Positions 19,509 to 28,323 of a stretch of DNA of 64,000 bases are shown here, piece by piece (positions within the stretch are counted from its first letter, which is position 1; each line of letters starts with the position of its first letter). A model generated the notes under the pieces. It did not search any database and was not told where the DNA came from. It was given only the letters and a program-made list of their open reading frames with translations. Source of the DNA: a bacterium (GTDB lineage: Bacteria; Bacteroidota; Bacteroidia; CAILMK01; JACPUW01); assembly GCA_016124515.1 (NCBI GenBank), contig WGNN01000006.1, positions 5,638 through 69,637 of the forward strand. The letters are read 5' to 3'. The position numbers and the translations under genes are program-made.

Positions 19509-19886
19509 TTACAACATGGAAACCTGTGTGAATCGCTTCAGTTTATGTTCAAGTTCAATGGGGTTGAAGGGTTTTGACATCACATCCTGCGCGCCCATTT
19601 CGTAGCACTTGATGCGCCGCTCGCTGCTGTTGTCGGGCGATATCATAAGCACCGGAATTTTGGCATAGCCCATATTGCCCATCATAATGTTCAAAAAGGT
19701 ATAACCATTCATATTGGGCATGTCTATATCGGCTATAATGGCGCTTGGAGGCTCGTTTTGCGATAGCCAATGCAGGGCATCTTCGCCATCCTGTGCCAGG
19801 TAAACATCATAAGTACGCGATAAAAAGGTACCCAAAAAGGTTCTCATCATGGCGTTGTCATCTACTACAAGTATTGTTTCTCTCAT
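19509..19886 (-). CDS. Single-domain response regulator (CheY-like), paralogue of 18571..18951
   Basis: 'ILVVDDNAMMRTFL...IIADIDMPNMNGYTF...KPFNPIEL'. Confidence 0.85.
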   Translation of the reverse strand: MRETILVVDDNAMMRTFLGTFLSRTYDVYLAQDGEDALHWLSQNEPPSAIIADIDMPNMNGYTFLNIMMGNMGYAKIPVLMISPDNSSERRIKCYEMGAQDVMSKPFNPIELEHKLKRFTQVSML

Positions 19887-19932
19887 TGCGCTGTGGTTTA
19901 ATTTGTTATTAAAAAAGTGTAGGGTTTATTTA

Positions 19933-22005
19933 TTATCTGGTAAATATTTTTTGGCTCACTCTATAGCCGGGCAAATCGAAGTACCAATTGGTGTTGGAGC
20001 GGCCTTCGCTTTGCGCCCAGTTGCTGAAATACGGGTAACAATCAAAAATATTGGAATGCTCGGTGGGATAATAAAAGGTCTCAGGCGTGTGCAAGACCCA
20101 AGGCATGTTTTCCTTGTTTTGGTAATAGCGCTTTACATCAGGATTACTAATATCAGAACCGGTACCAAAATAGCTGATATCTGCCAGATCGGTGGGCGCC
20201 TGATCCATCATGTGTATTTCACGACCGCGCGTGGCATTTGCAAACATGAATACATTATAAGGCGCCTTGCCCAATTCGCTCAGCGACACAGGGTTGGTAA
20301 AGGTAATTTCAACACTGAACCGCTTGGGTGAAACCACCGCCGCACCCGCCTCGGTATTGACGTAAGTAGCATTGGCAGGCCGCCGCATGTGTTTGTGTGC
20401 ATTGTCAAAAACTATAATAGTGGCTTTTGACTGATTGGCTTCTGTTCCATTGGCATTCAACGTTACGAGGCCATCGGTATATTCACAACCTTTTACCTCA
20501 TAAATAGCCGATGGAGCTACGTCGAACTGGAAACCAAAACCGTTTTTGAACGAGGCACCAATGGCTTGCAGCAGAAAAGTAGCTGTTATTTTGGTCACCT
20601 TGTTTTGCGCATTGCTATAATAGGTGTATTGGTAGTCCATTACCATATCGTTAAAATCATAATCGCCCATATTTGGCCAACTGTCTTCAAAGCACAGGCT
20701 GCCGTTGGTAGTGCTTGTGGGCACTGCGCCTGAACTGCTTTTTGTGGGGTCAAATGGAAAATCGTCAGCATAGTCGTAAACACCGTCTCCATCGGAGTCA
20801 ATGGCTTTTTTGGTGCTCTGCAAAGCGGCTCTTTCCACCCCATCCACGGGATTGCTTGTCACAAAAAATATGGCATCGTTAAAGTCATTGTCGCATGAAC
20901 CATCGCGACGCAAATCTTCAAATCCGAGCAAAATCACATCACGGGTTTCGTCGTAGAGCAGCACGTTGTGTTGTTTCAAAGTAGCCGATGATTCAGGATT
21001 CAACTGCTTGTCGGAAAAAACTACGTGGTAGCCATTGCCCACCGTGTGGCTGCTCGAGTTGTAGCCGTTGGCCACCAAAAACCAACCAATGGCGGTACCG
21101 GGTTTAAAACGGCCAATGTGCACCTTGTCGCCGCTTACCAAACCACCGCCTGAGCCGCTGTACGACACGTTGGGAAAAATAATAAACAGCGAATCGAGTT
21201 GCGAAACAGAGGTTGGCGGATGGTTGGCATCGTATTTATAAAATCCCAGGGCATTTTTATAACCCGCCCCTTCGTGCACAAAGGTTATCCAAACGTCAGC
21301 CGTTTTGGTAATAATGGTGTTTGTTTCCACGCCATCTGCCAGGTATTCAGCATTGTAGGTTGGCACCGGACGGCCTTCGGGCAGTGAGCTGTTTACATCA
21401 TCCAAAAAAGATTGTGGTATTACATCGCGCACCGATTTTTTATAATTGGGCACTCCTAAATTATCCCAGGTTCCCAGGTAGCAAAATTTTGAAGAAATGC
21501 CACCCGCCTTAAAAGCGCTTGAATAGCCTTTGGGCTGCAAAAAGCCATCAGGCTCCATGCCTTGCGTACTTATAGTATAGTCGCTCAACATTTCTACAGG
21601 AATTAAATGATTGGGCGGCAACCCCAAATACTTGGTTTGTACCAGCACTTCAGTTACGTTGGCCGACAATACAAGACTGGTGGTAAACTGCCCCGACTCG
21701 TTGGTAAAACCTTTGCAAACAAACTGAAAAGAGTCTTTATCGTCAGGAATGGAGATACTCACCGCTATGTTTTTCATAGCTTTTCCGGCAGCATCGCGCA
21801 CATTTATTTTTACCTGATGCGCCAGGCTTGTAGCAAAATCGAAACCTGCGGGAATTTGCAAACTATTATCATTTATTTGGTTTTGCAGGTCTTCTTTACT
21901 GTATGGTCTGCATCCTTGCGAAAGTGCCAATAGGGCCAGCAAAGCAAATGAAACGCCCTGCCCGAACTGCCAATGCCTTACTCGAATTACTTGACTAACA
22001 TTCAT
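19933..22005 (-). CDS. Secreted LruC-domain-like protein
   Basis: Signal peptide. Two copies of the acidic motif 'F(E)DxWPxxGDYDFNDxV' ('GFEDLRRDGSCDNDFNDAIFFV' and 'CFEDSWPNMGDYDFNDMVMDY'), which I recall as diagnostic of LruC-domain proteins. Confidence 0.5.
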   Translation of the reverse strand: MNVSQVIRVRHWQFGQGVSFALLALLALSQGCRPYSKEDLQNQINDNSLQIPAGFDFATSLAHQVKINVRDAAGKAMKNIAVSISIPDDKDSFQFVCKGFTNESGQFTTSLVLSANVTEVLVQTKYLGLPPNHLIPVEMLSDYTISTQGMEPDGFLQPKGYSSAFKAGGISSKFCYLGTWDNLGVPNYKKSVRDVIPQSFLDDVNSSLPEGRPVPTYNAEYLADGVETNTIITKTADVWITFVHEGAGYKNALGFYKYDANHPPTSVSQLDSLFIIFPNVSYSGSGGGLVSGDKVHIGRFKPGTAIGWFLVANGYNSSSHTVGNGYHVVFSDKQLNPESSATLKQHNVLLYDETRDVILLGFEDLRRDGSCDNDFNDAIFFVTSNPVDGVERAALQSTKKAIDSDGDGVYDYADDFPFDPTKSSSGAVPTSTTNGSLCFEDSWPNMGDYDFNDMVMDYQYTYYSNAQNKVTKITATFLLQAIGASFKNGFGFQFDVAPSAIYEVKGCEYTDGLVTLNANGTEANQSKATIIVFDNAHKHMRRPANATYVNTEAGAAVVSPKRFSVEITFTNPVSLSELGKAPYNVFMFANATRGREIHMMDQAPTDLADISYFGTGSDISNPDVKRYYQNKENMPWVLHTPETFYYPTEHSNIFDCYPYFSNWAQSEGRSNTNWYFDLPGYRVSQKIFTR

Positions 22006-22370
22006 CTTAACTTTCCTTTAAATCATTTGACGATTCAATTTTAGGAAGGCCAACAACCGCACTGAAAAAATTGGCCGAAGGAAAACCTAAAGTTCAGAAA
22101 ATCGTTGTGAAGCATAAGTCTAAATCGACTCCCATCCTGTTGTTTTTCAACTGATTAAACCAACAATTTCCGCGATAGAATTTGCGTAATTCATCGAATT
22201 AAAAACAGCCACTTCCAACCTTCAAAATCTAAAATTGACTCTGATTGACATTGCAAAAACCCCTTAATCAAACTGAAAACGGCATTTTTTGACCAATGCG
22301 GATGGAGTTTCGACCAATTTTGACAAAGGCATGGGCGCTAGCCAAATTTTGTGGTAATGTTGTTTGACCG

Positions 22371-23588
22371 GTGTTGGCTAAATGCATGATGTGCAAAAAG
22401 GCAGCAAAGCCAATACCTGTGATGATATTAAATATAGGTATGAGCAGCAACCGCATATATTTTAAAGGATTGAGCGCTTTGAGATTCTTTGCCGCAACGG
22501 CGGTTATTTTTCATCATATAGAGCAATACAAATACTGGCAAGGCCATGCAAGCATTTGGGGCGCGGCTGGCTGGGTGGGCAATTTTGTAGATGCCCTGGG
22601 ACATAAGGCGGTTAGTTTTTTCTTCGTTTTGAGTGGCTTTCTCATTACTTATTTGTTGTTGGCAGAGCTGAACAAAACCGGCACGGTGGCACTAAAGAAA
22701 TTTTACTTGAGGCGGGTGCTGCGTATATGGCCCCTTTATTATTTGGTGGCCCTTACGGCCTTGTTTGTGCTTCCGGCTATTACCCAATTTGCCCAATGGG
22801 AACCGCTCATGAAGGAGAATTTTGGCATGGTCGTGTTTTTATACCTTATTATACTACCCAACCTTTTGCGCATTACTCCGGTGCAGGTGGTGGGTGCCAA
22901 TCAGGCTTGGTCGGTGGGCGTAGAAGAGCAATTTTACCTGATATGGCCACTTTTGGTGCGTTGGTTTCATAAAAGACTCCCCATGTTTTTAGTGCTTTTC
23001 ATTTTTATAAAAATGGGAATACAATTGTTTTTTGGCTGGGGCGAAGGTTATTTTGAAGGAACCACTGCCAAAGTGAGCGGACAATTGGCAACCCTGCTGG
23101 GCCACATGCAAATAGAGCAAATGGCCATTGGCGGATTTGGCGCCTGGTGGCTCTTTGTTAAAAACCAAAAGGTGCTCAACCTGCTTTATCATCCGGTGGT
23201 GCATGCGGCGGCTTGGTTATTTTTTGCAACATTTTTTGTGTGGAAGTACCATTTTTTTGGCAGCACCCTGTTTGAAGGTACGGTGTTTTTGCTCATTATA
23301 CTAAATGTGTCCACCAATCCAAAATTTCCGCTGAATCTTGAAGCGAAATTTCTAACCCACATGGGCAATATATCTTATGGCATTTATATGCTGCACACGC
23401 TTGTTATTGCGCTTTTGCTCCAGCTATTGGAGCAGTGGCAATTGCCTGCCATTTGGCTCAACCTGGGTTTGTATGTACTTGCACCGGCTTTTACCTTTCT
23501 GTTGGCGCATGTTTCGTACAAATACTTTGAAAGTTATTTTTTGAGGTTTAAAGATAAATTTTCTGTGGTGGAGAGCAGTTCAAAATAG
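22371..23588 (+). CDS. Acyltransferase family 3 (OafA/YrhL-like integral-membrane O-acyltransferase)
   Basis: 'YFKGLSALRFFAATAVIFHH' and about 10 TM helices. The true start may be at 22422 or 22440. Confidence 0.8.
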   Translation: MLAKCMMCKKAAKPIPVMILNIGMSSNRIYFKGLSALRFFAATAVIFHHIEQYKYWQGHASIWGAAGWVGNFVDALGHKAVSFFFVLSGFLITYLLLAELNKTGTVALKKFYLRRVLRIWPLYYLVALTALFVLPAITQFAQWEPLMKENFGMVVFLYLIILPNLLRITPVQVVGANQAWSVGVEEQFYLIWPLLVRWFHKRLPMFLVLFIFIKMGIQLFFGWGEGYFEGTTAKVSGQLATLLGHMQIEQMAIGGFGAWWLFVKNQKVLNLLYHPVVHAAAWLFFATFFVWKYHFFGSTLFEGTVFLLIILNVSTNPKFPLNLEAKFLTHMGNISYGIYMLHTLVIALLLQLLEQWQLPAIWLNLGLYVLAPAFTFLLAHVSYKYFESYFLRFKDKFSVVESSSK

Positions 23589-23622
23589 AGATGATAAACA
23601 GAAAGCATGTAAACCTCGATTT

Positions 23623-24087
23623 CTATTCGCGCCAATGGATTTTGACCGCTGAAATATTATCGGTTTCCAACCTGACATCAGCCAAAACTTTGAAGCCGTT
23701 TTTCAAATAAAAGGCCAAAGGTGATTGGTAATATTCTCCGTTTTTCTTTTGGTAGTGGTTGTGGTCAATTACCCAACCGTTCAGGTCGTTTGTGTATTGC
23801 CTGGCAAGATCTAATAATTTAGTTCCGAACCCGCGACCTTGCACGCCCGCATCCAAAATAATGGCGAAGTACCTTTCATCTGCACGGTCAAATTCAAAAT
23901 ACCAACCTTTTATACTGCCCGCTTCGTCAAGCAAAAGTATATGCGATTGATGCGCCAAGGCATGGAGATAACCTTCGAAGGCTTCCATTGAATCGTAAGA
24001 CAAAAGCACAGGATATTCTTTGTTCCACAGCTCAAAAACCGCTTGTTTTTCAGCAAAGGACAATTGGCTGCGTTTGATAATATTCAT
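23623..24087 (-). CDS. GNAT-family N-acetyltransferase
   Basis: Acetyl-CoA motif A 'VQGRGFGTKLLDLA'. Start trimmed to 'MNIIKRSQL' (cat at 24085-24087). Confidence 0.75.
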   Translation of the reverse strand: MNIIKRSQLSFAEKQAVFELWNKEYPVLLSYDSMEAFEGYLHALAHQSHILLLDEAGSIKGWYFEFDRADERYFAIILDAGVQGRGFGTKLLDLARQYTNDLNGWVIDHNHYQKKNGEYYQSPLAFYLKNGFKVLADVRLETDNISAVKIHWRE

Positions 24088-24121
24088 TGTACAAGTATAA
24101 TGCGCTAAGACTTTAGCTTGC

Positions 24122-26383
24122 TTATTCACGCATAATCCTATACCGTTGAGCTGCTCCATGGTAGGTGAGTGTGAGCACATAACAACCCGCCTCAGACGGC
24201 ATTTCTATGCTTGCAGCACCGGGTTTCAACACGCCGCTTTTTATTATTTTACCAGAAATATTGCACAGAGAATAATGCACGCTTTCCGTGAGTCCGCTCA
24301 CAAACAACAAGTCATTGGCCGGATTGGGAAAAATATCAATGGCATGTGCCGACAAATTATCTACTCCCAAACCGTTGAATGCCACACATTCGGCCGTGTC
24401 GCTGCACGATTCATTGCTTATTAAAACACTGTAGCGTCCGTTTTTTGTTGGGGTAAAAGTCTCGCCTGTGGCACCCGAAATGCCGGTATTGCCGGCATCG
24501 CAATCGATCCATTGGTAGGATTGTGCCGATTTGATATTGGCCGTTAAAACCTTCTCTCCCACTTCAACTACGGCGTGTAAACTGGTTATATTCACTTCCA
24601 ATTCCAGCACCGAATCGCAGCCATTTGTGGTGGGAATGGTATCGAAATAAGTGCCTGATTGGGTATATAAAAACCTGCCGCTGGGCGACGACACTTCGTT
24701 GCAACCACTCAGCACAGCAGAACCGGTATGGCTGTAGTGCATGGTAAGTCTGATAGTAATAACCGAATCGCAACCTTTTGTTGAGGGAACTGTATCGCGG
24801 TAGGTTCCACTTTTGGTATAGGTTTGCTTGCCGCTTGGGACGGTAAATTGGTCGCAGGCGGTTATATCCATATCGCTGTATCGCGTACCAAACGAGAGCT
24901 CCACCTGCACAATAGAATCGCAACCCAAATAATTGACAAGTGTATCATAATAAGTTCCCGGCTTGGTAATCGTGAGGCCGCGCCCGGGCAAAGTATAACT
25001 ACTACACGCAAATACCTGTTGCGAACTGTTGCTTGCCCGCAGCATGGTCAAATTGATTTGTATAATGGAATCGCAACCGCGGCTGTTGGGAATGGTATCA
25101 TAATAAACGCCACTTGAGTTGTAGATGCGCCTTCCGCTGGGGGCAGTATAGGCCGTACAACTTTTTACATTAATTGCCGATTTGCTACTGAGCAGGCTCA
25201 AGTTGGTCACCACTATTGAATCGCAGCCGAACATGGAAGTGAGCGTATCTGAATAAATTCCCGAGGTTGTGTAGGTATCTTTTTTACTCGGCGAAACATA
25301 ATAATTGCATGCCTTGATATCTTGCTTTATTACAGATTTGGCCGACACCGTGAGGTAAACCGTAACGAGGGTATCGCAACCCGCCGAAGTAATAATTCTA
25401 TCGGTATAGGTGCCCGATTTGCTCCATGCATAGCGTCCGCTCGGCGAAATATAGGTTTTACACGATGTGGCAGTGATGGTTTTTGTAGGATTGGGTATCA
25501 CCGTGATATCGAGACTTATTATAGAATCGCAGCCCATATAGTTAGGCAGGGTGTCTTTGTATTTGCCCGATGAAGTCCACTCGTATTTGCCGCTTGGGCT
25601 TTTGTATTTGCCACATCCACTGTCTTTTATAGCAGCACTGGTATAGCCGTGACCCAGGTTTACACCTGTATTCCAATTGGATGTGGCACCGTATAAATTG
25701 AAATTCTTGAGATCACCATCATTACCCGCCCCACTCAGGTCGGTAGATGTGGTGATTTTACTATTATTTTTTCCGGCAACCCCTTGGTTGAATTTATGGT
25801 AAGCCACAAGCCCTTTTTGTCGGCTGCAAAGTTCTTTATTATAGTTGTTCTTTATTTGTTGGTGGTTTCTGGCATAGTTCCACACCCGCACTTCGTCCAT
25901 AAGACCTTCAAAGGGATTGGCATCATCAACCCTGATTCCGAAGCGCAATTTGACAGTGCTGAGCGTATTGGGTGTTATAGAAATATTGAAACTATCCTGC
26001 ACCACACCATCAATAAAGGTTCGGTATTTGGGCGAGGCATTGTCATCATAAGTTACTGCAATATGGTGCCAAGCGGTATCGGCAATAAACTTGGTTCCTG
26101 TTACGCCCTCGCCCCCCACTTCTATGCGCAGTTTGCCATCAATCATATTGAAGGTAAAGCGCGACCCGTTGGGTTTTATGAAGCCATAATCAATCATAAC
26201 CTGCTGTTTCTGTTTGTAGTAGGTCTTTATCCAACACTCCAACGTGCGTGGGTCGTTGCCTGTGGGCGGCACGCAACTCGTTTGCACGTAATCATCACTG
26301 CCATCAAAATCAAGGGCATTTTGAGCATAATTGGGCTGCACGCAAAAGAGCAACAGCGCCAAAGCAAGAAACCTGAAATACAT
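24122..26383 (-). CDS. T9SS-secreted protein: signal peptide, LamG/concanavalin-like domain, 7 tandem ~50-aa 'GCDS' repeats, Por C-terminal sorting domain
   Basis: Signal 'MYFRFLALALLLFCVQPNYAQ'. LamG motifs 'LDFDGSDDYV...LECWIKT...HHIAVTYDD...LMDEVRVWNYAR'. Repeats ending 'GCDSIISLDITV', 'GCDTLVTVYLTV', 'GCDSIVVTNLSL', 'GCDSIIQINLTM', 'GCDSIVQVELSF', 'GCDSVITIRLTM', 'GCDSVLELEVNI'. CTD 'IDIFPNPANDLLFV...YVLTLT'. Confidence 0.8.
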   Translation of the reverse strand: MYFRFLALALLLFCVQPNYAQNALDFDGSDDYVQTSCVPPTGNDPRTLECWIKTYYKQKQQVMIDYGFIKPNGSRFTFNMIDGKLRIEVGGEGVTGTKFIADTAWHHIAVTYDDNASPKYRTFIDGVVQDSFNISITPNTLSTVKLRFGIRVDDANPFEGLMDEVRVWNYARNHQQIKNNYNKELCSRQKGLVAYHKFNQGVAGKNNSKITTSTDLSGAGNDGDLKNFNLYGATSNWNTGVNLGHGYTSAAIKDSGCGKYKSPSGKYEWTSSGKYKDTLPNYMGCDSIISLDITVIPNPTKTITATSCKTYISPSGRYAWSKSGTYTDRIITSAGCDTLVTVYLTVSAKSVIKQDIKACNYYVSPSKKDTYTTSGIYSDTLTSMFGCDSIVVTNLSLLSSKSAINVKSCTAYTAPSGRRIYNSSGVYYDTIPNSRGCDSIIQINLTMLRASNSSQQVFACSSYTLPGRGLTITKPGTYYDTLVNYLGCDSIVQVELSFGTRYSDMDITACDQFTVPSGKQTYTKSGTYRDTVPSTKGCDSVITIRLTMHYSHTGSAVLSGCNEVSSPSGRFLYTQSGTYFDTIPTTNGCDSVLELEVNITSLHAVVEVGEKVLTANIKSAQSYQWIDCDAGNTGISGATGETFTPTKNGRYSVLISNESCSDTAECVAFNGLGVDNLSAHAIDIFPNPANDLLFVSGLTESVHYSLCNISGKIIKSGVLKPGAASIEMPSEAGCYVLTLTYHGAAQRYRIMRE
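24550..25600 (-). repeat. Seven diverged tandem coding repeats (~150-165 bp each) encoding the 'GCDS' module of the T9SS protein
   Basis: Periodicity seen in the translated protein. Coordinates are approximate. Confidence 0.5.
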
Positions 26384-26672
26384 AGAACCTTTCGATTTAA
26401 AATGTGGTGGAGCAATATACAGTAAATGTTGGGATTGCGGTGTATCTGCCCATAACCGCGGGAGCATGAATTTCGCCTAACTCACTGCAACAGACAAAAG
26501 TAGGTGCTTTCAGGCATGCAAAAATCACCCGTTCGGGTGATTTTTGGGTGGAAGATTTGTAGTCTCTTTGTGTCAGGTAAAAAAGGTTAGCGGCGGAATG
26601 TAGGCATCAAGTAATAAAGCAGCCCAAACCGCCCAGACAATTGGTTTCGTAATTTTTTAAATTTTACATAAC

Positions 26673-28223
26673 ATGAAAAGGAGTTTTTTATTATTTGTAG
26701 CGGGGGTGTTTGCTCTGTTGTCAACGAACGTCAATGCCCAAAATCTAACCATTAAAGGTACAGATGCCGATTTTACCAAAGGCAACATTGATGTTGAAGT
26801 ACTTTCAGAAATTATTCAACAAAAACAAGATGAATTAAAGAAAAAGGTGTTTAAAGACCTTGTGATTGACAATTTTAAGAAAAATGACTACCTGAACAAC
26901 TTTGCCACATTCTATTATATGTATAATACAATGGAAACGCTTACAGCGGAAAAAAACAAAACCGTTTTAGCCAGAAAAATTATGCAAGAATCTGCAAACT
27001 ACGCACTTATCTACAGTTTTGCAATAGCTATAAACAAGCACCTTGATGATAAAACTTGGAATAGCATGAGCTCAACATCAACAACACTTGATTTAGGAAA
27101 TTTTGATTTTGTGCCAGATTTATCGCCAGAAGACAACAAATCTTACATAAATATACATAAAAAACTAAAAGAAGACACTAATAAAGTTAAATTAAAGAAA
27201 TTCAACTACATGCTCGACCTTGCCTTTGACGTAATTAAAAACAACAAGAAAGCGCAAGAAAAAAAGCTCTTGAAATTTAGTGAAGATGACGAATTTACAT
27301 TTTGGTACAATGCGGACAATTTATACCTTAAACAACTAGACACTGCTAGTGATGGTCATAGAACCAAACTCATGGCACAGCATGCGGCTGCCGATAAATT
27401 TTTAACAGATATCCTAACCCATTTGGGAGAAAACAGTGCTTACCAAGAATTGTACAAGATTATTAGGGCTACTATGCAAAACAAAGGACAGCTGAATGAA
27501 ATAACATTTAAACAGTACAAAGAAATATTGAATTGCTTGCACAGTTTAACACGAACATCATTTTACCTTACCGAAAATGCTTTTGTTTCTAAAATAACCA
27601 AGTTCATTACCGACTACTCTATGGTAGTTAAAGAAGGCAGTGATAGCTCTATAGTTGTTGATGGGGAAGCGCTTATATCAGTGATATTCGAAAAATTCGC
27701 TTCAGACAAAAAAACCAGCAGCACGTCTTCATGGGCCTTTTTTATTAACCCACGCCCCTATTTTAGTATGGGCATCAACAACGGAATTTTCCTATCAAAT
27801 AACACTTTAGGAAACGATAACTCCAACTTGAAAAATATTCAATTTGCATCGGAGAAAATTGGATTGAAAGTGAAATTATTTGATTTCAGGTATTCACATG
27901 CCTTTGGACCCGGCGAAACATTTAAGTACAAGGGAACATATAGAACCTGGTACCGCCCGGTAAAGGAGTTCACCATAAACGACATTTACTATTACGTTTC
28001 CACCTCAGGATTGTTGTACAACTTGGCAAATATCAAAACTGAATCGAGTTTTAACTATGTGCTATTGAATGCCGGTTTTGGAATGAGCTTTTATAATGAC
28101 CTGGCATTGAACATTGGATTATCGGCACCCATAGTAAACGGAGATATAAGCAACAACAATCTTTTCATCAATGTTGGCTTTGATGTGCCAATTCTAAGCT
28201 ATTTAGGCGCTCTAAAAAAATAG
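26673..28223 (+). CDS. Secreted hypothetical protein (N/K-rich), possible C-terminal beta-rich/OM domain
   Basis: Signal peptide 'MKRSFLLFVAGVFALLSTNVNAQ'. AT-rich codon usage. No recognisable catalytic motif. Confidence 0.5.
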   Translation: MKRSFLLFVAGVFALLSTNVNAQNLTIKGTDADFTKGNIDVEVLSEIIQQKQDELKKKVFKDLVIDNFKKNDYLNNFATFYYMYNTMETLTAEKNKTVLARKIMQESANYALIYSFAIAINKHLDDKTWNSMSSTSTTLDLGNFDFVPDLSPEDNKSYINIHKKLKEDTNKVKLKKFNYMLDLAFDVIKNNKKAQEKKLLKFSEDDEFTFWYNADNLYLKQLDTASDGHRTKLMAQHAAADKFLTDILTHLGENSAYQELYKIIRATMQNKGQLNEITFKQYKEILNCLHSLTRTSFYLTENAFVSKITKFITDYSMVVKEGSDSSIVVDGEALISVIFEKFASDKKTSSTSSWAFFINPRPYFSMGINNGIFLSNNTLGNDNSNLKNIQFASEKIGLKVKLFDFRYSHAFGPGETFKYKGTYRTWYRPVKEFTINDIYYYVSTSGLLYNLANIKTESSFNYVLLNAGFGMSFYNDLALNIGLSAPIVNGDISNNNLFINVGFDVPILSYLGALKK

Positions 28224-28245
28224 AGCCAATTTGGTACTATAGCAT

Positions 28246-28289
28246 GTTTCACAAGTCGGGTGCAGAAATTGCCACCTGACTTGTGAAAT
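28246..28289. promoter_or_regulatory. Inverted repeat (11-bp stem, 20-nt loop) between the secreted-protein gene and the helicase gene. Terminator or operator candidate.
   Basis: 'gtttcacaagtc' ... 'gacttgtgaaat' with 11 of 12 positions complementary. No strong T-run follows. Confidence 0.35.
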
Positions 28290-28323
28290 ATTTAACTATG
28301 TTGCGGCTGAAAAATCGGTTAAT

